Assembly (NCBI GenBank): GCA_965215515.1 | Contig: OZ244057.1 | Location: 1,728,001-1,792,000, forward strand | DNA: 64,000 nt | Reading direction: 5' to 3' | DNA from: Oligoflexales bacterium | Lineage (GTDB): Bacteria > Bdellovibrionota_B > Oligoflexia > Oligoflexales > JAPPIL01 | Shown here: piece after piece, positions 1 through 10,783 of the stretch | How the letters are laid out: each line of letters opens with the position of its first letter | Position numbering within the stretch: position 1 is the first letter of the stretch | Made by a program: the position numbers and the translations under genes | Notes under the pieces: generated by a model | The model's database searches: none | What the model was told of the DNA's origin: nothing | The model's input: only the letters and a program-made list of their open reading frames with translations

Positions 1-841
<841 letters not shown>

Positions 842-897
842 CTAGGCCTCGATTCTAACAGAATATCTTCACAGTTACCAGCTGACAAAACCTCTCC

Positions 898-2145
898 TCA
901 CACTACACACCCCCCCTGCTCGTCCAGCAGCCTTTGCTTGCCCGCGGCATCCGTGCACACGTACGCAACGTGTGGCAGGTGCACCTCCCGCCGCGGCACG
1001 CGCTTGCCTCGCCAGCTTACCTTCTCCCGCTGGGTCGGACGATGCAGGTGGTAGCACACACTTCTCTGTCGGACCTCCGTCTCCGCCTGCACCCGCAGAC
1101 CATCTGCTGTTTCGGCACTTGCTCCTGCTTCTAAAATGAAATGCAGCCGCGTCTGACGCACGATCTCCCTAAACTGCTGTCTTCTCGCCAGCTTAACGCC
1201 ATCGACACAAGCCTGCAACCTCAGTTTCCGCCCCTCACCAGCCACCCGCTGACCGCGCCGCAGTTGCTGGGTAAATCTCCCCTCCTCGCTGACTCGTGCC
1301 AACACGGTCGCTACCGTCTGTTGGCTGACATCACCGAGAAAGATACGCAGCAGAATACTCGCCTTACAGGTCGGCAGTGCGCGCAGTGCGGCGAGGTCAA
1401 GCTCGCCCTGTTGCAGCTCCTTCGTCCAGCGACGACACAACTCCCGCTCCATCTCGGCATGCAGTGCCTGTGCTTGCTCACACACCGCGACAACGTGTGC
1501 CGCGGCATCGTGATGCAAGGCAGTCAACTGCGGCATGACGAGGTTGCGGATACGATTACGGGCGTAGTTGTTTTCCTCGTTGCTGCTGTCGATACGGTAA
1601 ACGATACCCCGCCGTACGCAGAAAGAATGTAGGCACGCTTTGCTCACCGTCAAGAGCGGTCGCCAGAAAGGGGCGTTGAAGCGCACCATGCCTGGCAGTT
1701 GTGCTGCGTTCACTCCTCGAATCAGGCGGTACAGGGCGGTCTCGGCGAGATCGTCGCGGTGATGTGCCAGTGCTGCAACGCAGTCGTGCGTCGCACAATA
1801 ATGCCGCAGCTCTCGCTGGCGTAACAACCGTGCCCACTCTTGCAAACTGCGTCCCCGCCGCTGGGCAAGATCAGCTGCGGTAGGGCGGTAGACATGACAG
1901 GGCAAGCCTCTCGCCTTCGCTTCCGTCTGCACGTGCTGCTGATCCCCTTCCGCCTCCGCACCGCGCAGCCCGAAGTTGACGTGCCACACCGCCAACGCGA
2001 AGTCCACCTCCTGCCGCAACTCAGCCAGCAATGCCAACAAAGCCATCGAATCACAGCCACCCGAGACTGCGACGACGATGCCGCCGCGATGACGGTGCAC
2101 AAGCGCAAGTACCTGTGTTCTCAGCTTTAAAAAACGCACCAACAT
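898..2145 (-). CDS. tilS: tRNA(Ile)-lysidine synthetase
   Basis: SGGCDS PP-loop, HVNFGLRG, AHHRDDLAET, RPLL and NNYARNRIR motifs. Start placed at ATG 2145 (GAGG upstream); the ORF-track extension overlaps the upstream gene. Confidence 0.93.
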   Translation of the reverse strand: MLVRFLKLRTQVLALVHRHRGGIVVAVSGGCDSMALLALLAELRQEVDFALAVWHVNFGLRGAEAEGDQQHVQTEAKARGLPCHVYRPTAADLAQRRGRSLQEWARLLRQRELRHYCATHDCVAALAHHRDDLAETALYRLIRGVNAAQLPGMVRFNAPFWRPLLTVSKACLHSFCVRRGIVYRIDSSNEENNYARNRIRNLVMPQLTALHHDAAAHVVAVCEQAQALHAEMERELCRRWTKELQQGELDLAALRALPTCKASILLRIFLGDVSQQTVATVLARVSEEGRFTQQLRRGQRVAGEGRKLRLQACVDGVKLARRQQFREIVRQTRLHFILEAGASAETADGLRVQAETEVRQRSVCYHLHRPTQREKVSWRGKRVPRREVHLPHVAYVCTDAAGKQRLLDEQGGCVV

Positions 2146-2225
2146 AGCAACCACGCCTCGTACCTGAAGGCGATCCACCCCACGATCACAAGCGGCTGGT
2201 GGGGCACACTTCTCGCGGGATGTAA

Positions 2226-3440
2226 TCAGTATTTCAGGTGAGAGTACTTCCCCTTTACGTGCGTGTTGTAGTACTTGCCCTTGGACTTTGCGGCGAGAAA
2301 ATTGTTGAACACGTGCAAAGGGACATCGAGGTACTGGTAAGAGTGGTATCTCCCCCCGTCCTTGAACAGCACCCACAGATCGCCTGTTCCTTCTGCATAG
2401 CCAATCTTATCGATAGCCGAAGACGAGACCTGATGTAAGACGAGGTCGCCTTTCGTATAGTCGTTGAACCAAATACGTCCTTTCCACCTGTCCACCCCCG
2501 CCCCCAAAAGGTCGGGGTTGTGGTACTCATCCCACACTTTTGCGTCACGCATGAGGGTCAGCGGAGTGTCCTCCTGCTCGAGATAAGGGGTGTCTCCCTG
2601 CCGAAAATTGTAGCTGCCATGATGCACCTCGACCAATCCCTGCACCTCCGCCGAGAAAACCTCGACAGCATAGTCGTTGACCACGGGCGCAGGGTACCTG
2701 CCTTCGGACAACACCTCACCGACCAGCGTGCCATCCGTTGCGGAAATGTGCGTGTGTCGGTAAACCAGATAGGGATTCCAGCCGTTTATGGTCAGGGTGT
2801 CGATGACTTTCCTCTGCTGTGCATCGGTCGTGACACGGCGGTAAACACGATAATCGTCGCGGTGGTGTAGAGCGACAGAACCACTAGGAATGATGAGCTG
2901 GTAAGTGCCGTCGGCATTGCTGGGAATCAGCTCGTAGGACTTAGTATGCCGCAAGCTGTGAAACAGCACCACCGCGTCGATCTCAGGATGCAAGGAGGAA
3001 ACATCCGATACCGCGGTCACACTGCGGTATCCTTCCCGTGTCAAAGGAGGAATACCATCACGTTCCTTTTCTGCAGAGACATAGCGGTGCAACTCGTCGT
3101 CCACGCTAACCGTCGTCGCGTGTTCCAGGTGGCCTTCGGAGAACACGGCATAACGCCCCAAGGGGCGATCGTCGGCGTGCATGACACACGTTTCGCTGTA
3201 GCGGTAAATAGGGCTCTCAGCGTTCTTGAGGAGGATGAATTCGCGCACGAACCGCCCGTCAGCAGACTTGTTAGCGAGCAGTTTGTACCCCGTAGCGACG
3301 AGACGGTCTATCGCCCGCTGCAGATCGCTGACCTGAGCGATACTCTGCAACGGCATGCGAAACGCCGCAGGAGTAGCAAAGATACTCGCTCCCGTCGGGC
3401 AACAGACAAAGAACAAGACAGCAATCATCCGCTCTACCAT
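2226..3440 (-). CDS. Hypothetical protein with hydrophobic N-terminus and C-terminal KTSC domain
   Basis: The C-terminal ~65 aa VSSSAIDKIGY...LWVLFKDGG...YQYLDVPLHVFNNFLAAKSKGKYYNTHVKGKY match the KTSC pattern. The first ~340 aa are unrecognised. Confidence 0.8.
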   Translation of the reverse strand: MVERMIAVLFFVCCPTGASIFATPAAFRMPLQSIAQVSDLQRAIDRLVATGYKLLANKSADGRFVREFILLKNAESPIYRYSETCVMHADDRPLGRYAVFSEGHLEHATTVSVDDELHRYVSAEKERDGIPPLTREGYRSVTAVSDVSSLHPEIDAVVLFHSLRHTKSYELIPSNADGTYQLIIPSGSVALHHRDDYRVYRRVTTDAQQRKVIDTLTINGWNPYLVYRHTHISATDGTLVGEVLSEGRYPAPVVNDYAVEVFSAEVQGLVEVHHGSYNFRQGDTPYLEQEDTPLTLMRDAKVWDEYHNPDLLGAGVDRWKGRIWFNDYTKGDLVLHQVSSSAIDKIGYAEGTGDLWVLFKDGGRYHSYQYLDVPLHVFNNFLAAKSKGKYYNTHVKGKYSHLKY

Positions 3441-4051
3441 ACATGCGGCCAAAAAGACAACAGTCCAGTGCTTTCAGGGCTCAGGACAATGGCCGCTACC
3501 AAAGTCGTCTTCTGTATGACGCTGACTGCCTTCTCGCCGACAGCCTCACCTACCTTGGTGATCAGTGCTTCATACTCATCTGGCATGCTCTCTGCCGTCG
3601 CCTGGATTTTGGTGATAGCAGCTTCGATTATCTCTACCACCCTGTGCTTAAGTTTAGCTAATGCTTCCCACACCTTCGTCGAGAGACCATCGCCACGCTT
3701 CAGCACTTCTTGCAGGGTCAGCTGTATCAACTCCAGCAGTTCGGCACGCACGCTGTCGATGATGGGCAACACCGCCTGAATGAACTCATCCTCGTCGATA
3801 GCAGTGCTGACATGTGTGCTGAATTCATCCTTGATCGCATTCCAGTAGTCACGATCGACATACTTACCCAGCTGTTCGCTTTCCATCACACCCTGATCCA
3901 AGTAGCTCTTGATCTTCTCGATCAGCTTGCTGCTCAACAAAGACTCAACCTTCCCACTCTCCTCATCGCTAGCACCCTCATTGCTCTCCGCGAAGGCCGC
4001 CGTCGCCAGCAACATCGCACCTACACAAACCAAACCCCTCACATACCCCAT
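3434..4051 (-). CDS. Secreted, mostly helical hypothetical protein
   Basis: Signal peptide (MGYVRGLVCVGAMLLATAAFA), AAGGAG RBS, amphipathic helical composition; overlaps the start of the next gene. Confidence 0.7.
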   Translation of the reverse strand: MGYVRGLVCVGAMLLATAAFAESNEGASDEESGKVESLLSSKLIEKIKSYLDQGVMESEQLGKYVDRDYWNAIKDEFSTHVSTAIDEDEFIQAVLPIIDSVRAELLELIQLTLQEVLKRGDGLSTKVWEALAKLKHRVVEIIEAAITKIQATAESMPDEYEALITKVGEAVGEKAVSVIQKTTLVAAIVLSPESTGLLSFWPHVW

Positions 4052-4140
4052 GACAAATTCTCCTTAGTCAAAGAAACATCAAAACGACCCACGGTGGCGC
4101 TTCTACTAAAGGAGCAACATCGCTGTCAATGATAGATTAC

Positions 4141-4237
4141 CCCTGAGTGCCGTGGGTAGGGCGCTTAATTTTTTGAGCGACAGAAGGCCTGATTTTGCGG
4201 TGTTTTGTCTGTCTTCCCTTTTTGTAGTGCCTGAATA
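4141..4237 (-). repeat. Partial copy of a MITE/IS-end-like dispersed element
   Basis: Reverse complement of 19156-19257 apart from a few substitutions and a 5-bp indel; begins CCCTGAGTGCCGTGGGTAGGG. Confidence 0.85.
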
Positions 4238-4273
4238 ACTTTTTCTATTGACAGAGGTTGCGATGGGGGGTGC

Positions 4274-5134
4274 TTACGGGTGAAAGTCGCGCAGTTTGAA
4301 TTTGCTCGGCAGGGAAACAACCTCTTTGGTTTTGTGGATCGAACGCAACACAAGCAAGCCCTTGCTTTGGGCGAAAGCGACGGTTTCTTTTTTGGCGTTG
4401 AGGTAGCCGATCGCACCGTAGATCTTCCTGCCGCGGTACGCTGGCATCATTGCGATGAAGCGTTGCATGATGTTGCCGATGAACTTGCCGACATGTCCTT
4501 CCCGCAAGCTGGACTTTGCTTCTACGACCACCACGACATCCTCCCCGACTGCAAGACAGTCGATTTCCCACGTTTTTCCTTCGTATTCGACTTCGACATG
4601 CGGATGGCGTTCTGTTACCTTAATTCCCTTGATACTGTTGAGTGCCACATCCACTTCACCGACAAGCAAGGCTTCGGCAAAATCGCCCCACTTGCCATTC
4701 AGCCCCCCGATAGATTTACTGAGCTCGGCAACCGTGGCACTGGTCTTCGCGACGGTCGCATTGGTTTTATCGATAGCAGCATTGGTTTTATCGATAGCAG
4801 CATTGATTTTGGCATTGGTTTTATCGATAGCAGCGTTGGTTTTAGCATTGTTCTTGGCAATGTCGGTAGCGCTTTTCTTTTGCGTTGCGATCACCTCTTT
4901 GAGGGTGTCTCTGATTATCCTGTAGTCATCCGCCGCGGCACTGAACGCAGACCTACGTGCACGTACAAGGCGTTGGGCGGGCTTACGCACTGCAAGTTTG
5001 TGCGACAGACTCTTGCTAGCCATACGCTTACGTGCGGTGGCTTTACGCACCACGGGCTTGTGTTTGCGTGTTGTCTTTTTGCGCACCGCGGGCTTGCGTA
5101 ACGCAGGCTTGCGAGCTACGCCTCGCTGAGGCAT
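4274..5134 (-). CDS. PD-(D/E)xK nuclease-fold protein (DUF3782-like) with basic N-terminal tail and heptad repeats
   Basis: KWGDFAE...EIDCLAV...VVEAKS motif, AAIDKTN repeats and a K/R/A-rich N-terminus; AAAGGAG RBS. Confidence 0.8.
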   Translation of the reverse strand: MPQRGVARKPALRKPAVRKKTTRKHKPVVRKATARKRMASKSLSHKLAVRKPAQRLVRARRSAFSAAADDYRIIRDTLKEVIATQKKSATDIAKNNAKTNAAIDKTNAKINAAIDKTNAAIDKTNATVAKTSATVAELSKSIGGLNGKWGDFAEALLVGEVDVALNSIKGIKVTERHPHVEVEYEGKTWEIDCLAVGEDVVVVVEAKSSLREGHVGKFIGNIMQRFIAMMPAYRGRKIYGAIGYLNAKKETVAFAQSKGLLVLRSIHKTKEVVSLPSKFKLRDFHP

Positions 5135-5249
5135 GACTTAGCTCCTTTCCAGACAACAAGGTACGGTTCCCAGGGTAGCACAACACGAGACCAAAGAACA
5201 GTCATAGGACAAGCCGTGCGAAGCGACGCAACGATGTTTTTTGTTGGTT

Positions 5250-6256
5250 TTACGATGGTGGTAGTAGGCCAAGGATGGTGCGCACTTGTTCTAGTGTTTG
5301 TTGTGCAGTGGTTCGCGCTTGGGTGCGTCCTTGCTCGAGCACCTGACGCAGAACGGTGCGGTCGGCGAGCAGGGTGGTGATTTTGTCTTGCATGGTGCGC
5401 AGGGCTTGGACAACTACATCGGCGGTGTCGCTTTTCAGTTTGCCGTAGCCTTGTCCGCGGTAGCGGGCACTGACTTCCGTCAGAGGCAGGTCGAGCAGTA
5501 CGGCTTGGATGACCAGCAAGTTACTCACACCAGGTTTGTCGGTAGGGTCGTAGCTAATTTCGTTCCCTGAATCGGTAGTGGCGCGTTTTATTTTGCGGCT
5601 GATGGTATCGGCATCGTCGCTGAGGAAGACCGCCCGTCGGCGTGGGTGGTAGTCTTGCTCATTTTGACCCGCGGGTCGCGCAGATCCATGATTTTCGCTC
5701 CTACGTCGGCGATATATGGGGCGGGCACTTTAAACAGCGGTTGTTGGCAGTGTTTGTTGAGGCGCTGGGCGAGAGTGCGGGTAAGTTCAAGGTGTTGGCG
5801 CTGGTCTTCGCCCACAGGCACGAGTGCGGCTTGGTAGAGAAGAATATCGGCTGCCATCAGCACGGGGTAGTTGAACAGTCCCGCGGGAATGTTCGTTCCT
5901 TCTTTGCAGCTTTTGTCTTTGAACTGAGTCATGCGTCCCAGTTCGCCCATCCAGGTGAAGCAGTTGAGTATCCAGGCCAACTCACAGTGTGCGGTGACAT
6001 GTGATTGCACGAAGAGGCAGGCACGGGTGGGGTCGATGCCCGCCGCCAGGTAAGCGGCCAGTGCGTACCAGCTGTTGGCAGCGAGTTCGCGCTTGCCGCG
6101 GGTGGTAACGAGCGAGTGCAGATCGACAACAGCAAAGTAGCAGCGATACTGGTGTTGTAGTTTTACCCAATTTCTCAGTGCACCGAGGTAATTGCCGAGG
6201 GTAATCTGGTTGGTCGGCTGAATACCAGAGAGGATTGTTTTTTGTTTTGCCACCAC
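5250..6256 (-). CDS. trpS: Tryptophan--tRNA ligase with a 1-bp frameshift near 5633
   Basis: SGIQPTNQITLGNYLG, YPVLMAADIL, VPVGEDQRQH and KMSK. The C-terminus (AVFLSDDADTISRKIKRATTDS...YGKLK) continues in another frame. Confidence 0.93.
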
Positions 6257-6412
6257 CGTACCCCCCAGGCGGGGTAATACCGCAAGTGCCCTGTCAAAGC
6301 AAAAATTTTCTACCCTTCTCTTCTTCGTTTGTGTCGTGATGGGGGCGGCGGGGAGAGGGAGGAAGGGATAAAAACAATCTGTGCTATAATGTGAGTAGAA
6401 TGGGGTGGACTT

Positions 6413-6880
6413 ATGGATGAAGCAAGCTCGCAGGCGCGCAAGTGCGCTTATTGTGGTTGTTTTGTCAGCTGGCATTGGAACGGGCAGCGGCTTAAGGATG
6501 GGGCAAAAATCTATCTCGACGCGCAGGGGCGGCGGTGGGCAGGGCGGCGGTGTGCTAGTTGTGAGAGAAAGCGCGTCCAGACTGCGATTCGCTTTAATCG
6601 CTTCGATCGTGAACTGCTGACGAAGGAGCTCGCGACGCACGGGTATCGGGTAAAAAAATTTGCCAATCCCATCATCGCCGAAACCGAAGCTGGCGAAACC
6701 CGCCATATCTCCGTGCGCAAGGCATGCACCGATGGGCGAGCAATCACCATCGAAGAACCGCTCCCTGTCGATGACAGGGCCGAGCCGTGTGTGTTGCTTT
6801 TTTCTTCTTCGCGTGTCCTCAGCCGTGCTCAGATTGCGAAGATGACGGCCAACAACACACTACTGGTATTCGAGCACTGA
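6413..6880 (+). CDS. Hypothetical protein with putative Zn-binding CxxC...CxxC N-terminus
   Basis: RKCAYCG...RRCASCE; divergent from trpS. Confidence 0.65.
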   Translation: MDEASSQARKCAYCGCFVSWHWNGQRLKDGAKIYLDAQGRRWAGRRCASCERKRVQTAIRFNRFDRELLTKELATHGYRVKKFANPIIAETEAGETRHISVRKACTDGRAITIEEPLPVDDRAEPCVLLFSSSRVLSRAQIAKMTANNTLLVFEH

Positions 6881-6942
6881 TTTCCCGCGGCCCTGCTGCA
6901 CACTCGCCAGCACCCGCGCTATTGCGTGGGGCAGAATGTGAG

Positions 6943-7263
6943 CTAGGAGATCTCGTAGGCACGCAGTCTTTTGCTCAGGGTGTTGCGGCTAATTCCTAGT
7001 ATGCGAGAGGCACTCACGCGGCTATCGCCTGTATACCGCATAACCTGGGTGAGAAAAGCTTTCTCAAACTTCCCCATGAAGAGTGCGTGGAGATTAGCGG
7101 GTGGGTGTTCGCCCAGCTGGCTCAGAAAACGGGCGATTTTCCTTTCGATCAGCCTATCCAGCGAACATTCGTCCAACAACTGGGGGGAACGGCCCCCCAA
7201 CGTGACAGTAACGACTGCATCGCCAGACACCGCCTTCCCCCCTTCAAGGTCACCAGCTTCCAC
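6943..7263 (-). CDS. Fis-family HTH DNA-binding protein
   Basis: EKAFLTQVMRYTGDSRVSASRILGISRNTLSKRL is an HTH_8 pattern; the size is Fis-like. Confidence 0.8.
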   Translation of the reverse strand: MEAGDLEGGKAVSGDAVVTVTLGGRSPQLLDECSLDRLIERKIARFLSQLGEHPPANLHALFMGKFEKAFLTQVMRYTGDSRVSASRILGISRNTLSKRLRAYEIS

Positions 7264-7420
7264 ACGTCAGCCCCATCCCGTTACCGTCACATCAAACGAC
7301 GCGACGCCTAACAATCCTGCTCGTCAACGTCAACGGCAAAAACCATCTCCTGAGATTGAAATGCCGTGTGCTTTCTGCTACAACCGCCTGGGTCAGGGAA
7401 CTACTCGGGGGTTGTGTAAG

Positions 7421-8080
7421 TTGAAAAAAAGGCCACCTGTGCTCGATACGGAGCAGGACGTTTCTCCTGCGTCTGCCGTGCCCCATGAGGCTGAGCAAGG
7501 TCATATTTCTCCTGTGCAGGATAATTCTCCGCAGCAGCCAGGTGGCTGGTTTGCGCGGTTTTTCGCCGAAGCCCGCCCGCGCGGCTTGGCGGCCCGTGTG
7601 CGTGCCGTGCGTCGTGCCGCGGCAGTCTCCAGCACTCCCCAGAGCGAACCCGACCGCTACTTGCGTTTGCGTGCCGAGATGGAAAATTTAAAAAAGCGTG
7701 CTGCCAAAGAGAGGGAAAATCTGCACCGTTATGCCTTGGAAGACATCATGAAGGATCTTTTGCCTGTGCTGGATAGCTTTGAGAAGGGTTTTGCTGTGCT
7801 GGCGCACGACAAAGCTTTAGGACAGAGTCCTTTTGCTGCGGGTATGCGCTTGGTTGCCGAGCAACTGCAAAAGGTTCTTACCACTCACGGGTTGCAGGTG
7901 GTCGCTAGTTGTGGGGAAAGTTTTGACCCGCAGGTGCATCAAGCTTTGCGTCGCGAGGAAGCAGATGATGTCGAGTGCGAGACCGTTGGCGAGGAATTCG
8001 CTAAGGGTTATCTGTTGCGCGATCGCCTGTTGCGTCCTGCCATGATTAGTGTGCGTGTTCCCCAGCCTCCCCCAGAGTAG
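7421..8080 (+). CDS. grpE: Nucleotide exchange factor GrpE (start uncertain)
   Basis: LRLRAEMENLKKR, DLLPVLDSFE, FDPQVHQAL and KGYLLRDRLLRPAMISV. Confidence 0.92.
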   Translation: MKKRPPVLDTEQDVSPASAVPHEAEQGHISPVQDNSPQQPGGWFARFFAEARPRGLAARVRAVRRAAAVSSTPQSEPDRYLRLRAEMENLKKRAAKERENLHRYALEDIMKDLLPVLDSFEKGFAVLAHDKALGQSPFAAGMRLVAEQLQKVLTTHGLQVVASCGESFDPQVHQALRREEADDVECETVGEEFAKGYLLRDRLLRPAMISVRVPQPPPE

Positions 8081-8185
8081 AGCAAAGTATGCTGGGGATG
8101 ATTGCCTTGCACAATCTCCTCTCCTTAAGTTTTGGAGTTCTCGGCCGAACAGGCTGTAGGTGCTTTTCAACGGGGAGGGCAGTCA

Positions 8186-10627
8186 GTGCCTGGGCAAGAG
8201 GAACGCGGCATCGTCAAGGTGGGTAGAGAGTTCCCGCTGTTGCCCCTGAAGGATATTGTCGTCTTTCCGCATATGGTTGTGCCTGTCTTCACCAGCGAAG
8301 ACATCTGCGCCAATGCTATCGACAATGCCGTGCAGAATGACAGGCGTATTTTTCTTTCTGCTTTCTGTAGTCAAGAAGAAGATGATCGTCTGCCCACTTC
8401 GCTGCCTCCGCCTTTCGATGTCTACGATATGGGGCTTATCTGCTCGATAATCCGCACTCGCAAACTCTCCGATGGACGGGTACGAGTGCTGGTGCAAGGG
8501 GGGGAGAGAGCAAAGATCACCCATCTCGTGCAGTGTGAGCCGTATCCACTGGTCAATGTGCAGCCTGTGTTGGTGCAGAGCACTCAGCACAACACCGCAG
8601 AGGTCGAAGCTTTAGCCCGTGCCGTGCGGGAAAATCTTGAAACGGTTGTCAGTTTGGGCAAGCTTTTGCCTCCCGATATGTTGATGGTGCTCGAAGATGT
8701 CGATGACCCAGCGCGTCTTTCCGATCTCGTTGCTGCGCATCTCAGCCTCAAGGTGCAGGAGGCGCAGGGTGTGCTCACTATCTCTTCGCCACTCGAACGC
8801 TTGCGCAAGGTGTGCAATTTTCTGGCACGAGAGATCGAAGTTTTTCGTATGCAGATAAAGATTCAGTCGCAGGCGCGGGAAGAAATTGGCAAAGTGCAAA
8901 AGGAACACTATCTGCGCGAACAGATAAAGGTGATGAAAAACGAGCTCGGCGACGGCGATGTGAAGGATGAGATAGCGGAGTTGTGGCAGCAAGTGAAGAG
9001 GATCAGGCTCAGTCCTCGTGCCAAAGACGAGGCTGTGCGTCACATTAAGCGGCTGGAGAAAATGCACCACGATACCAGCGAGGCGAGTCTTACCCGTGCG
9101 TGGCTGGAACACATCTTTGCTTTACCGTGGGAAGTTTTCACTGTGGACAACCTCGATTTGAAGTTTGTCAAGGAGGTACTTGATAGCGATCACTTTGGTT
9201 TGCAGACGGTGAAGGATCGTATCATTGAGTATCTGGCGGTCAAAAAGCTCAATCCTGCGGCCTCCAGTCCTATTTTGTGTTTTGTCGGTCCGCCAGGGGT
9301 AGGGAAGACCAGTCTCGGTCGTTCGATTGCGAGGGCGATGGGCAGAAAGTTTGCCCGTGTTGCTCTCGGCGGTGTGCGTGACGAAGCTGATATCCGTGGC
9401 CATCGCAAGACTTATGTCGGTGCGTATCCAGGGCGTATTTTGCAGTGTTTAAAATTTGCCGAGAGCAGTAATCCTGTCATTATGCTCGATGAAGTCGATA
9501 AAATCGGCGCTGATCATCGTGGTGATCCTGCCGCGGCGTTGCTTGAAGCACTTGATGCTGAACAAAATGCAACTTTTGTCGATCATTATCTCGGTGTGGA
9601 ATTCGATCTTTCGCGGGTGTTGTTCATTGCCAACGCGAACACGATGGCCACTGTGCCGCACGCTTTGCGTGATAGGCTGGAAGTCATCGACATCTCTGGC
9701 TATTCGGAGGCGGAGAAAATTTCTATTGCCAGTCACTTCCTTGTCCCCAAACAGTTGTCCGAAGCTGGTTTAAACAGCAAAGGTTTGCAGGTTAGTTTCA
9801 GTCGAGCTGCGCTCAGCAAGGTTATCAACGGCTACACCCGCGAGAGTGGTTTGCGTACGTTGGAGAAAAAAATCGCTTCGGTCTGTCGCAAAATTGCTCG
9901 CCAGGTTGTGGAAACGAACGTCACGACCCGTGCCATTAAGGTTACTCCGCGTCAGATCGTACGTCAGCTCGGTGCTGGATGTGTCGATAGCTTTCACTAT
10001 CGTAATGCACAGCGTGGTGTAGCTTTGGCACTTGCCTACACTCCGTTCGGGGGTGAGATGCTGGCGATCGAAACCAATGTGTTGCGCAACGCACAGACAC
10101 GTTTGAAGTTGACAGGGCAGATCGGCGAAGTGATGAACGAGTCGGCGCAGACCGCACTGAGTTTCGTTGTTGGCAATGCGGCGTTTTTTGGCTTTGATGC
10201 CAAGTTGTTGACCGCTAATGAGATTCACATTCACATACCAGCGGGTGCAACTCCTAAGGACGGCCCCAGTGCGGGCATCAGCATCACGACCTCTATCTTA
10301 TCTGCCGTGCTCAACGTCGCCCCACCGCAGGCTGTCGCCCTCAGCGGCGAAATAACTCTGCACGGACGTGTGTTGCCTGTGGGTGGGCTGAAGGAGAAGT
10401 TTCTCGCCGCACAACGTCACCGTGTTTTTGCGATTGTCTTGCCGTCTCAAAACCGCCCCGCTGTGCAAGAGCTGACCGCAGATATCAAGAAAAACATCAA
10501 GATCCACTATGTCGAGGACTACTTCACGGCTTTCCGTCTCCTCTTTAATCTTGAGCACAATCACGATTACCATCGACCAGAGTCGCACCCGACGACTCCC
10601 AGCAGAACCTTTCTAAACGTTTCCTAG
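8186..10627 (+). CDS. lon: Lon protease
   Basis: LPLKDIVVFPHM N-domain, GPPGVGKTS, LDEVDK, PKDGPSAG (catalytic Ser) and VGGLKEK (Lys). Start GTG 8186 follows GGGAGG. Confidence 0.96.
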   Translation: MPGQEERGIVKVGREFPLLPLKDIVVFPHMVVPVFTSEDICANAIDNAVQNDRRIFLSAFCSQEEDDRLPTSLPPPFDVYDMGLICSIIRTRKLSDGRVRVLVQGGERAKITHLVQCEPYPLVNVQPVLVQSTQHNTAEVEALARAVRENLETVVSLGKLLPPDMLMVLEDVDDPARLSDLVAAHLSLKVQEAQGVLTISSPLERLRKVCNFLAREIEVFRMQIKIQSQAREEIGKVQKEHYLREQIKVMKNELGDGDVKDEIAELWQQVKRIRLSPRAKDEAVRHIKRLEKMHHDTSEASLTRAWLEHIFALPWEVFTVDNLDLKFVKEVLDSDHFGLQTVKDRIIEYLAVKKLNPAASSPILCFVGPPGVGKTSLGRSIARAMGRKFARVALGGVRDEADIRGHRKTYVGAYPGRILQCLKFAESSNPVIMLDEVDKIGADHRGDPAAALLEALDAEQNATFVDHYLGVEFDLSRVLFIANANTMATVPHALRDRLEVIDISGYSEAEKISIASHFLVPKQLSEAGLNSKGLQVSFSRAALSKVINGYTRESGLRTLEKKIASVCRKIARQVVETNVTTRAIKVTPRQIVRQLGAGCVDSFHYRNAQRGVALALAYTPFGGEMLAIETNVLRNAQTRLKLTGQIGEVMNESAQTALSFVVGNAAFFGFDAKLLTANEIHIHIPAGATPKDGPSAGISITTSILSAVLNVAPPQAVALSGEITLHGRVLPVGGLKEKFLAAQRHRVFAIVLPSQNRPAVQELTADIKKNIKIHYVEDYFTAFRLLFNLEHNHDYHRPESHPTTPSRTFLNVS

Positions 10628-10783
10628 CACTACAAGCATGCGTGCGGAGGGACTGGCTCGTGCCTATCGTTTCGTTATGGTGCGGGGTTTTTAGGGCGGT
10701 GCTGGCAGCGTGGGTTTTTGAAGAGATCGCTCGTGCTACACACGAGCTTGTGCTGCTCGCGTGATAACCGCGCCGATCGGTAT

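Noticed and set aside
10640..10670. GGAGGGACTGGC resembling a SAM-I riboswitch core
   Set aside because: The other SAM-I elements are absent, and it lies between convergent genes with nothing to regulate.
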